Assembly: GCA_028716965.1 (NCBI GenBank)
Contig: JAQUOV010000002.1
Location: 132,472-196,471 of the forward strand
Length of the DNA: 64,000 nucleotides
Origin: Candidatus Omnitrophota bacterium
GTDB taxonomy: Bacteria; Omnitrophota; Gorgyraeia; Gygaellales; Profunditerraquicolaceae
Direction: 5' to 3'
Below the pieces are notes generated by a model. That model was not told where the DNA came from and did no database searches. It saw only the letters and a list, made by a program, of their open reading frames with translations. Positions 24,101 to 29,824 of this stretch are shown here, piece by piece. A program made the translations under genes and the position numbers. The number at the start of each line of letters is the position of its first letter. The first letter of the stretch is position 1.

Positions 24101-26769
24101 ATTTGAAGTCTGCAAGAAGCCCCTTAACCGAAGGCTTTGTGCTTAAAAATGAAAGCCGGGGTAGAATTCAAGGGTTAGCGGAGAAATGGAAGGCAGGCTT
24201 ATTAAGCGGTCTTGATTTATTGTCAAGACCGGAAATCCCCAAAGAAGAATTCAGGATTTTGGCCCGCTTTGTTAATAAATTGGTAGAAAGCGACATAAAT
24301 GCAATAAGCGTTCCATCTGATCCGGATACACAGGTAATTCTTGACACCTTTACTATAGGTTACCCCCGCGCAGAAATAGATTTTAAGAGTACGCTTGCAG
24401 TAAAGGTTTCAGAAACAGCCCCCGATAGCGGATCTAAGTCTATTGGCCTCTTAAAACTCAAGCTGGAAAAGCTTATTGAAATAATAGATGTTTTAGAGGG
24501 GGTTATAAATTCCGAGGGGGTTATTGATACAGAATTAATAACTGCTAGTCATTATAGAGAGCCAATGAAGGTTATAACACAGAAGTTTATTGATGGGGTA
24601 ATGGAAAAGATCCCGAAACCACCTGAATTATCCTCGGGTCAGATTAAACCTGCCAGCTCGCCAGCCGAGGCGAAGAGCCCTGTAGCTTCAGAGCTTGAAA
24701 TACGCCCGGAAGAAGCCGCCAGGTTATTGAGAGAGGCAGCTCAGGAGAACTATGAAAAATGGTGTCTTTTGGGCGAGCGATTAAAAGTAGCAAGGCGTAT
24801 TTTAGTCAAGGTTCCCGGACGCGATTCTCGCGGAGGACATGAATTTCCTTTGGGGGAGATAGCCGCTACCCTGCCGATATTGATCAAGGCGTTGGTTAAT
24901 TCCGGAAAAGATATTGAAGAGCTAATAGTGCAATGTGATTCTTACCCGGAATTGGTAGAAGCGATAGGAGAAGATAAGGTCAAATTAGCTGATCCTATAC
25001 AGACAACTGATGAATTAAGGTCTATCTATTCCCCGGATTTGGTTATTGATTTTGACACGGTAGCATTAGGCGAGGAGATTCCAGAAAGCACAGTAAAATT
25101 TCCAGTGGCAAGGCTATGGATGTCTTCAGATCGCCTCGGTGAAATGCGTGAAATTTTAAGATCAGCGCAATTAATCACTCCTGAATCAGGAGAGACAATT
25201 ATTAAGAGAGAAAAGAAAGAAGATGGACAGAAAACAATATTTGTAAATCCACATAGCGATAGCAATAAGAATGATAATGTAGATTCTTGGGTAGGCTTAA
25301 TACAGGAGCTTGTCTCAAAGGGCTATAAAGTTGTACTTAATTCAGGCAAAGAGGGGGGAATAGACCAGGCACATACAAAAAATATATTAGAAAAACTTAA
25401 AAAAGAAGTTGAATCTGGGGACGTGGAAGAGTTTAAAGGCAGTATCAGAGATCTTCTAGATACCTTTTTAAGTAAAATAGACGGTGTAATAACAATAGAT
25501 AGCGGTATATTCCACGTAGTACATAATTTATATTCCTTGCCCACAGTCGTTTTTATCACGTCAAATACGCTAGGATGGATTCCGCAGGAAAAAGAGGAGT
25601 TATTATTTAAGAGGATTCAATACTCAGATTTTAAAGATTATTCCACTATAGTAGCATTATTACGGAATTTACTAGAGAGAGAAAAAAAAGTAAACACAGG
25701 CTCTCCGGTGGTGGAGAATAATATAGAAAAGATAAAGAAATATACTTTAAAATCACTCAAGGATTTTGGCTATCCAGAAAATATCTTTGGTGGCATTACT
25801 AGACTAGAAAATGATAAGGCTCGCGCTCAGGTTATCAACGGCAAAGTATTCTTTAATGAGTTTTGGGTAGATAGATTGTTTGAGGATGAAATAGAACGCC
25901 TTTGCGCACACGAAGTTCAGCATCTATCGACAGAAGATCTTATAGGTAAAGGCATCAAATTAGGCGGCCTGCAAAAGGATAAAGGGTATATAGAGTTGAT
26001 GTTACGCATAGGCAGTCGATTTGACCGGATATTTGAAGAAAAAGGATCTGTGTTAACAAAACCTAAAGAATTCTATCAGGATCCATGGGAGGCATTGTCG
26101 CTTTTGCGGGGATACCAAATTTATTTGGACCAGGTAGCAAGAGGCATAAAAGTTTCTCCGCAAGCATATGAATTCATAGAGGCATTTGAAAATGATGATA
26201 CTATTTTCTTGAATCCTAATTATGTGCAACAGATTACGAAAAATTTTATACCAGAAGATTACGGGTATGAAAGGGTTACTTATGAACAGCTGGATGGAAA
26301 AGACGAGAATGGGGGAATGAGCAGTCCTTTGTTAAAACAAGGGCAAGTAAGCAAAGAGTCAGACGTTGGAGGCATTGACATGCGTTATCTGCCTAACAAT
26401 ATGGTTCTCCAGCCGATGGCGCCTAATAACTCCTTGAATCAGAGATTTATTCCTAGGGCCGCATCTTTAACTATTTCTGATAAGGAATGGCTTGAGATAG
26501 AAAAGATGGCAAATTCAGGCATAGCTCCTTCTTGTGAGCGATTAAGAGAGTATCTTTTATCTTTGCAGGACCCAAACAGCCAGATAGATAAAGTCCTTGC
26601 CTGTATTGCAGATATCCTGAGGCAGGAGGAAGAAAAAGCCTGCTGCACGGAATCTTCCTTAAAGGAAATACTGGTCCTGCTTGAATCAGGCAAGCCGGAT
26701 AAAGAATTAAGATTGGCATTAACAAAGATCCAGGTTTTAGCTAAAGAACCGCAGTTGATAGAGCAATAA
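12148..26769 (+). CDS. Giant secreted multidomain protein (4873 aa) with caspase-like, two GHKL ATPase-like and GT9-like modules
   Basis: One uninterrupted 14,622-nt ORF. The N-terminus has a signal-peptide-like stretch (MAYRLRKILSFFLCFLLIFQQSGFTQIAG). Internal motifs are a His...Cys dyad (IGGHGS...LDSCSTG), GHKL N-boxes ELIANAQDA and ELAQNARDA each with a G1-like box, a GT9 motif ITIDSGIFHVVHNLYSLPTVVF, and two HEXXH motifs. Confidence 0.85.
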   Translation: MAYRLRKILSFFLCFLLIFQQSGFTQIAGELDISGRFLALRNSFIQDRFRPIHLRYLSYDPSINNFSLLLDKGDFLKGLSPKDKAPKPIGWFGAPPSAGVVPEEILQQETKTLLNYFFIGISLPNEAFWVNLRPDSPNNIIDPEVAETDVGRILLEADLQLKKDTASFTSPQTPEGKDYWDKLYKKAEELYGSENITIPTLTRPWIVPDEIIIRESSDNAYIYKATLKVMLEQDYLKDSLVYNFTDGRSKALNEYSSELIRNTIIPRLTREINSSKRYAPLRQVYYSLILAQWFKQKFYGKSGLYSYLIDKHNLQGLASKSPWSKTDYFNAYKVSFEQGEYNIKEPRYTPFGQVIRSYMSGGIQLGGPEAIKQIIHAKPAGNSSPLFFRNNYIVQGLAKVSSAIDAPYHIEAIDINNIIQGATNSKQQPSSSPLQSDAPAVSLVAQKKPAATSPAQQPEKISNIYGLISAFKKALFQRKERARFYEIRKQLIKMGFSPAVYEQALEYALGLKDAEMALQAISGLEQKFSTGEGKQSAETLKIIVVLAEPQIAQYAINSLAVALTIESTDQSAVFALREIAKCPFIEPQIAQYAINSLASALVTTTDFGFSEGIAYELFHLAQGGRKAVRDKALSSLEMALSTPGLNPKIYERIAKLFESLIRYAKKDTAQEVISFLESIRDIKASELDPVAFKVMGYALANTGWQRRGLVRRTSIFPLEKDGLLKKLAIIIHPVEDNNGAFKDIENKGKQLESRGYRVIIARVDGIDALLAALKAATAQQRASVIMIGGHGSRTSIQLGFGEPNSKLTIRDKQLKEKLSAAVGTLEENGIIILDSCSTGKGGRIFSNIAQLFADIFPQGFVFASPYPVVAEKGIKLVFNNKNEVTAVEFLHAYWPHGYYNSAAKRDLNSPKNLAIAEKVRDPEDSQNGSASSPQETKIANNQTSSPINSSETLLDPKDVLRPDGWRKLKLMVSFVRELINSGIEFDDGYYRGLFDNDIFLNEAERVFGERRLIPARIDTYIYNQATSVEQALIELIANAQDAVVNEKKIGRFGVGAYQMFRELKSPEDTIIVTTSTDGRLGWRITFKLIEGDLCCKTEQLSEGIEKGTTVAVNTKLSSEDVQERINYIKNKLHTNARSKITVNGILINNPEQYHYINGDNLVMPDIEPVQVEITGKGYVVIDKGSGMSPKTIWEKFLVPKGTTKAIEGKPAEKSSEIREETHLFYSNIISGEGQGRVAVQISGVKNIEVPIFGMNIPEELIIELPHDAWLPESRDKIAMDSVTREGLLEVMRKLTSPQRSDIANRYALINGVASLLRHILKDSEDKSLLYELRRMCSDYIQAEGFGKIFLPNRKELALLLLSPEQEVIFLDEQMFYFRPSNIPSVEKVRDFVSAAYELYIGNLDDPEESNIYIEGSYPDGRGWIILDRKVWEKHKADPAWLNGFLNFSIGYGDEGKNFGTIIKSSAGKVSSGEAGLSTDQLSSGPSIGKKGFKISQEEIDALRNDLISSKMIKEQLDDFEERDVNFIIKIAEESIAAGEINKGNIDEKRIKLHSWLALLKDLKRSLPEGMFSEAWLQKELYQVKFNIFSSQEIISSPEVANGKLYFYITRFGDETVHWTTFEINKQGTVISFEGARPVFTSQHIYLIEKDSNLHKISIRNSGENKIILEKVVGEYLEGSKNENLLALVQEGEIISIKIISGENVAEFCRLPAQEMAGMLSEKPSAVVCNNKYVVWFSHFGPQMIFKVNSSGDMQQIKIKGVDRIKTIAIFPNGNIAIAGHKKTSFQDDFLNKYSASSSLKADYFSGINRKAEIIFVDDHGKTDEYYVQDEGIWQKDDAVYFLKDKGLVRLNQNGESKMFALPNIDQILGSKKIDSLVFSGKYIYLVIAGRDVPLPGTNPLYRIEVDKEEAKEITDGSLSHTLITAGEQSYCISLKKGGSRKIRRIEENGEMVIIYNEWDVKAAIPDGNSLFVVREESRQGMYNKLSLYEISQDGKAKFTYSLEGVDLEFWKMENGEFMFLEDYDELASQEDEVSLHANPSEPFRTLRRVNIYNQRTGEAVKRSAIFFEGSYRNMVFLDGHPFAVESYQITAYPNLSLLIEQREYLRKNLTVLQERYLPQLFGLLSVLRQNERERLLQSLVTHKQWMPALIFLSPETILKAGEGIEQLRQILDDVVYKAKNIKQIRETFKFINFIFSTIKDEKIALRITGRWCKVFLKNPDLAEVIADKMQEKFDVPQDGFIEMFARRFGMGMNAGGVSTGKNPLEFYQDSKDLAYLPSEVRLYLDFLVSEELMVPVFLSEDRFSGRKTKAEIKGVDLSTLIRLRELSPDTILQHHDVQWEDVVLGVLGLNGSDIQGIRRDIAGAVNSQDKTQQYWIRELAQNARDAIRAMSGIEVKSGFLGHGFYTAFAGGCNEVRIRTGNGTYAYEIVLKPSYDPKGDMVDIAVVRMTRYESNFKGTQIQRVNYYNSTADEDVILGVLYTTRQVKRFLGAIPSTGEDGVSVIYNNELINEDGHRSENAARVIKIGNGVTQTPNKDGYYEWVVSITDPAGMDLHTILNKLLPPDVSGKPAQVSPAKGAIGANLESSFSKDKILRVTVDRLYVDDVDSKYTELVPQDIRQVLLKRGWNINFPQGTPVTRTRIGVMDSQYYRPWIAALALRSAVVLYLNEGIPELEGLIPKDYIYSNSNAIRVSPDILEDAEAINNGMPEKVDFSKYNNPHLLVQLFTVIKVAWKEERISLWEIKQRVLEEYKKTADKVSLEGILPPGLQGLRDRAESYITQSINKRRVDISFLMQEPIIIAFQEFVNILNRLIKVNNKTNFVCDIGAPYSAYASAFVPAEGAITWNLAYYESILQELLNFISTGALDGNFLKFIETYIHESSHTVEGSYQEKYKNEWTHQAARNVGGAFGWIMDLLYGRLLSNMGTPEEFREMSKKELEEMDFTIEALRESYEKVSNYIDQQTPPIGLSTLEKVEFKQPAASPIILKESSNISNQPIDTGRRRFIQLLGSFGLASLIVPVQTQAQMLFQCIIQVVTNVLTDREIKHINAWVKELIRLADQGNVAEFQQQFNRMYEGKPVRKDEEKDPTITMNISAHSVGFSMEAYTRPKVIIPNKLFLSKNFYNWKSEIKQEIVKQILKNAYGLGAPESFEVLEILDAISSNERLFNMLDMEEQKLLYTYIGKASVSQALLSTEKDVYPAIGRWINSIHDLYEQDGKWSEYVKKYLDSRFCSDEQLYILLSRGGFELYTGTFNRVFDELLKRIQASGNIIAWLSKVDSAGNMTSEFLLSLSGRGRLIRVIDASAVNLAQKEKMLKQICDIIRNIASANAKELMEEKTKMAYISNAVKDIFNYGNSNVNDYLKEIILQIKDNGGIYGKAFSLMIMAKFQNVFGSTPETEEIRAVLDYAASPPYEQILKPGKRLVVLVDFANSAKDFLGELVKQLSSNYGGRYKIRSHKPDVQHGIVTVIGGSINGVDIEFHLARGISGDEFRETMESGKYSIIFTRHHSYEGGDFLGVGSNTVIPQVIGTVGTGKGIENNAFSIVLSEEIAKTFSSRTGWDEVWHNMRKRLPKSMDNYLPPNHISFLISYVLNAIDTRSTKIDLNGDIHNKQLIKTIVVDGGCGGINRIPSYLNKYGYAIEKFKNHPAGSPLSIRQQVVPLGSAVVSGSSSPADKIERGGKGVDYRALAINRIRDAFQKVLNRNPEDREVMDVFGFIESDPDGTYLEERTYFAVAEAYANEIKRAGASSPIGISRTQEELAYYQQLKENGPLVFDKDNDRWFLDEAWSGYDYHSVRSLLTPIDLKNPDTLEEELGRINAIFTRFDLSKVNSFGALYAYIRWRLSPNRYGANSRVSVETLVNIIEQARDGKEINIAFTDPLLTQILDKAKDLVETDKSSSSPIKLSSRLAMIETQIYNLERLLLDEEKLNNGEWLELYLAAEGQIGDEALYYGNLKIVQDAKGNESKLHQLKRAFEPYVKGLLTKAKDLKSARSPLTEGFVLKNESRGRIQGLAEKWKAGLLSGLDLLSRPEIPKEEFRILARFVNKLVESDINAISVPSDPDTQVILDTFTIGYPRAEIDFKSTLAVKVSETAPDSGSKSIGLLKLKLEKLIEIIDVLEGVINSEGVIDTELITASHYREPMKVITQKFIDGVMEKIPKPPELSSGQIKPASSPAEAKSPVASELEIRPEEAARLLREAAQENYEKWCLLGERLKVARRILVKVPGRDSRGGHEFPLGEIAATLPILIKALVNSGKDIEELIVQCDSYPELVEAIGEDKVKLADPIQTTDELRSIYSPDLVIDFDTVALGEEIPESTVKFPVARLWMSSDRLGEMREILRSAQLITPESGETIIKREKKEDGQKTIFVNPHSDSNKNDNVDSWVGLIQELVSKGYKVVLNSGKEGGIDQAHTKNILEKLKKEVESGDVEEFKGSIRDLLDTFLSKIDGVITIDSGIFHVVHNLYSLPTVVFITSNTLGWIPQEKEELLFKRIQYSDFKDYSTIVALLRNLLEREKKVNTGSPVVENNIEKIKKYTLKSLKDFGYPENIFGGITRLENDKARAQVINGKVFFNEFWVDRLFEDEIERLCAHEVQHLSTEDLIGKGIKLGGLQKDKGYIELMLRIGSRFDRIFEEKGSVLTKPKEFYQDPWEALSLLRGYQIYLDQVARGIKVSPQAYEFIEAFENDDTIFLNPNYVQQITKNFIPEDYGYERVTYEQLDGKDENGGMSSPLLKQGQVSKESDVGGIDMRYLPNNMVLQPMAPNNSLNQRFIPRAASLTISDKEWLEIEKMANSGIAPSCERLREYLLSLQDPNSQIDKVLACIADILRQEEEKACCTESSLKEILVLLESGKPDKELRLALTKIQVLAKEPQLIEQ
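13789..13941 (+). repeat. 39-bp perfect direct repeat (two copies, 13789..13827 and 13903..13941) inside the giant gene
   Basis: gaaccgcaaatcgcccaatacgccattaactccttagcg occurs twice 114 bp apart, encoding EPQIAQYAINSLA in two consecutive helical repeat units. Confidence 0.9.
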
Positions 26770-26770
26770 A

Positions 26771-26843
26771 AAGGGGCGCTTACCTTCCCAAAAGGTTTAT
26801 CAGCCAGAAAGAAGGTTCCCCAAGAGCGTCCCTTTTTATTTCT
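26771..26843 (+). terminator. Candidate terminator after the giant gene
   Basis: AGGGGCGCU...AGCGUCCC stem with an inner CCUUC/GAAGG pairing, followed by TTTTTATTTCT. Confidence 0.4.
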
Positions 26844-26862
26844 GCAGGCAATAGAAATCGCC

Positions 26863-26891
26863 TTGACAACCCGCTTTAGAGGTGCTATATT
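26863..26891 (+). promoter_or_regulatory. Sigma70-like promoter of the pyr operon (-35 TTGACA, 17-nt spacer, -10 TATATT)
   Basis: TTGACA at 26863..26868 and TATATT at 26886..26891 with exactly 17-nt spacing. This places a leader of about 180 nt before pyrR. Confidence 0.5.
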
Positions 26892-26974
26892 TATATAAAT
26901 TAGATTAACCTTTAAGCTGGCTCTTGAGAAGCTGGCAAGGAAAAAATGAAGAATAAAGCCATGAAAAATACGAG

Positions 26975-27005
26975 CCCTTGGTAGAAAAACCAAGGGTATT
27001 TTTTT
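26975..27005 (+). terminator. Intrinsic terminator/attenuator in the pyrR leader (PyrR-type attenuation)
   Basis: CCCTTGG-agaaaaa-CCAAGGG perfect hairpin followed by TATTTTTTT, inside the 5' leader of pyrR. Additional hairpins follow (GCCGC-agga-aGCGGC at 27006..27020; CACCGGCTT...AAGCCGGGTG at 27021..27048). Confidence 0.65.
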
Positions 27006-27077
27006 GCCGCAGGAAGCGGCACACCGGCTTAACCTTTAAAGCCGGGTGTAGTGAGCGGGATAGAATCAAGCATATAA

Positions 27078-27617
27078 ATGAAAGAGAAAGCTAAAATCTT
27101 GGATAAAGAAGGGGTTCAGCGCGCATTTACGCGTATTGCCCACGAAATAATTGAGAAGAATAGCGGCATAGGCGAACTTTGCTTGGTAGGCATCAGGAAC
27201 CGCGGAGTTTATATAGCCCAAAGAATAGCTGATTGTATAGGCAAAACTGAAGGCAGGAAGATACCCGTAGGCGCGTTAGATATTACACTTTACCGTGATG
27301 ACCTGGCTTTGGCCAGTGGCCAGCCGTTGGTGCGCAAAACCGAGATCGATTTTGACATTAACAACAAAATACTTGTACTTGTTGATGATGTGCTTTATAC
27401 CGGTAGGACGATCAGGGCCGCATTGGATGCGCTAATTGATTTTGGCCGGCCGAGAACAATACAACTGGCTGTGTTAATTGATAGGGGTCACCGCGAACTG
27501 CCTATACGGGCGGATTTTGTGGGGAAAAATATACCAACATCCCAAAAAGAATCTGTAGAGGTGCGCTTGCTTGAATCAGACGGCAGGGATGAAGTAGCGA
27601 TCATGGAGAAAGATTAG
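27078..27617 (+). CDS. pyrR: Bifunctional pyrimidine operon regulatory protein / uracil phosphoribosyltransferase PyrR
   Basis: 179 aa with the PRTase motif [16 protein letters not shown] and the N-terminal PyrR pattern ([20 protein letters not shown]). Confidence 0.9.
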   Translation: MKEKAKILDKEGVQRAFTRIAHEIIEKNSGIGELCLVGIRNRGVYIAQRIADCIGKTEGRKIPVGALDITLYRDDLALASGQPLVRKTEIDFDINNKILVLVDDVLYTGRTIRAALDALIDFGRPRTIQLAVLIDRGHRELPIRADFVGKNIPTSQKESVEVRLLESDGRDEVAIMEKD

Positions 27618-28550
27618 ATGTCTTGGGTAAAAAAGGATCTTTTAGGCCTGGAGTATTTGACTAAAGAAGAGATAGAGTTAATCCTGGATACCGCTGATTC
27701 ATTTAAAGAGGTCTCTACCAGAGAGATCAAGAAGGTTCCTGCCTTGCGCGGTAAGACCGCGGTAAATCTTTTTTATGAACCATCAACCAGGACAAGGGTT
27801 TCTTTTGAGGTGGCCGCAAAGAGATTATCCGCTGATGTTATTAATATCGCCACCGAGACATCCAGCGTACGCAAGGGGGAAACCTTGATTGATACGGGTA
27901 AGAATATCCAGGCGTTAAAGGCAGATATGATTATCATGAGGCATAATTGTTCCGGGGCGGCGAATATGCTTGCCCGCGCGTTGGATATCAGTGTGATAAA
28001 TGCCGGAGACGGCTGGCATGAGCATCCCACGCAGGCATTGCTTGATATGTTCACGCTTAAAGAAAAACTTGGGAGAATAGAAGGTTTGAATGTAACTATC
28101 GTAGGTGATATCGCGCATTCACGGGTTGCCCGTTCTAACATATGGGGGTTGACTAAGCTAGGGGCTAATGTTACGGCATGTGCTCCGGAGATGTTGCTTC
28201 CGGTTGCAATAGAGAAGATGGGGGTGAAAACCTCCAGCAATATTGATGAAGCCTTAAAAGAGGCTGATGCGGTAAATGTCTTAAGGATGCAGTTTGAACG
28301 CGATGAAGGCGCGGCTTTCCCGCAGCAACTGGATTATTTTAAGAGGTTCGGTATTACAAGAGAAAGATTAGCTAAAGCCAAGAAGGATATAGTTGTTATG
28401 CACCCCGGGCCGATTAACCGGGGAATTGAAATGTCCAGTGATGTGGCAGACGGAGCAAATTCTGTAATTTTAGATCAGGTGACCAACGGCATTGCCGTTA
28501 GGATGGCTGTTTTGTTCCTGGTAGCCCAGGCAAGGGAAGTGAAGGCATGA
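27618..28550 (+). CDS. pyrB: Aspartate carbamoyltransferase catalytic subunit
   Basis: 310 aa with the STRTR carbamoyl-phosphate binding motif (EPSTRTRVSFE) and the HPxQ-like HEHPTQALLD. Confidence 0.9.
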   Translation: MSWVKKDLLGLEYLTKEEIELILDTADSFKEVSTREIKKVPALRGKTAVNLFYEPSTRTRVSFEVAAKRLSADVINIATETSSVRKGETLIDTGKNIQALKADMIIMRHNCSGAANMLARALDISVINAGDGWHEHPTQALLDMFTLKEKLGRIEGLNVTIVGDIAHSRVARSNIWGLTKLGANVTACAPEMLLPVAIEKMGVKTSSNIDEALKEADAVNVLRMQFERDEGAAFPQQLDYFKRFGITRERLAKAKKDIVVMHPGPINRGIEMSSDVADGANSVILDQVTNGIAVRMAVLFLVAQAREVKA

Positions 28551-29821
28551 GTATATTGATTAAAAGCGGAAGAGTAATTGACCCGGCTAACAAAATTGAT
28601 GCTGTCTTGGATATTTTAATCGAAGAAGATAAGATATCCAAAGTTGCAAAAAATATTAAAGCGCAGGCAGACAGCATAATTGATGCAGCAGATAAAATTG
28701 TCGCTCCGGGCCTTATTGATATGCACGTGCACCTGCGCCAGCCGGGTAGAGAGGATAAAGAGACAGTGGCTACTGCCACTGCTGCAGCTACCAGGGGAGG
28801 AGTAACTACTGTTTTAGCCATGCCGAATACCAACCCGGCTATGGATTGTTTAGAGAACGCGGAGTTACTTAAAAAAATAATCGCTAAGGATGCCAGGATT
28901 AACGTGCTTATTTGCGGTACGATTACCAAGGGCCGGCTAGGTAAGGAATTAAGCGCGATCCTTGAGCTCAAGAAGAGCGGGGTTTGTGCCATATCCGATG
29001 ATGGTTGTTCGGTGGATAGCGATGAATTGATGTTTGCGGCGCTTAAAGAAGCAAAACAGGCAGGGGTTTTAACTATCTGTCATTCCGAAGACAAAAAAAT
29101 TTCAGGGAATGGGGTAATCAACCTGGGTTTTAATTCTACGCGCTTAGGGCTGCGGGGGATTTCCAATGAATCGGAATATAAGAGAGTGGCGCGCGATATT
29201 GAATTGGCAAAAAAATCCGGCGCATCCGTACACATTGCCCATGTTAGCTGCAGGCAGTCAGTAGAAATAATTGGCAAAGCCAGGAAAAACGGCGTAAAAT
29301 TGACTTGTGAAACCTCGCCACATTATTTTTCCTTAACAGAAGATGCTCTTTTGGGGTATGATACAAATATGAAGATGAATCCTCCTTTAAGAAGCTTGGA
29401 GGACCTTGTGGCAATTAAGCAAGGGTTAAAGGACGGAACGATTGATACAATCGCTTCAGACCATGCCCCGCATACGGAGAATGAAAAAGATATTGAGTTT
29501 GAACGCGCGGAGTTCGGGGTAGTAGGCCTTGAGACCGAATTGGCCGTGAGTATTACCGAGCTGATAAATTCAAAGATATTAGACTGGAGCAAACTTTTTG
29601 AGAAGTTTACTTCTAATCCTGCCAGGATCCTGGGTATAGAGAGGGGTTCTTTGAGCCAGGGAGGGCCGGCAGATGTAGCGATTGTTTCCGGAGGAAAAGA
29701 GTGGCAGGTTAAAAAAGATGAGTTGCTCTCTAAATCTAAAAACTCCGCCTTCCTTGGACGCACCTTAAAGGGGACAGTAGACTATACAATTTGCAACGGA
29801 AAGATAGTATATAAAAGGTAA
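28547..29821 (+). CDS. pyrC: Dihydroorotase
   Basis: 424 aa amidohydrolase with the metal-binding DMHVHLRQPG motif and the downstream Asp/His. It overlaps the pyrB stop by 4 nt. Confidence 0.9.
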   Translation: MSILIKSGRVIDPANKIDAVLDILIEEDKISKVAKNIKAQADSIIDAADKIVAPGLIDMHVHLRQPGREDKETVATATAAATRGGVTTVLAMPNTNPAMDCLENAELLKKIIAKDARINVLICGTITKGRLGKELSAILELKKSGVCAISDDGCSVDSDELMFAALKEAKQAGVLTICHSEDKKISGNGVINLGFNSTRLGLRGISNESEYKRVARDIELAKKSGASVHIAHVSCRQSVEIIGKARKNGVKLTCETSPHYFSLTEDALLGYDTNMKMNPPLRSLEDLVAIKQGLKDGTIDTIASDHAPHTENEKDIEFERAEFGVVGLETELAVSITELINSKILDWSKLFEKFTSNPARILGIERGSLSQGGPADVAIVSGGKEWQVKKDELLSKSKNSAFLGRTLKGTVDYTICNGKIVYKR

Positions 29822-29824
29822 AGA

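Noticed and set aside
26439-26993. 184-aa minus-strand ORF overlapping the 3' end of the giant gene and the pyr leader
   Set aside because: It overlaps the giant CDS and the promoter-terminator leader of pyrR, and its Ser/Leu/Phe-rich composition is typical of an antisense artefact.
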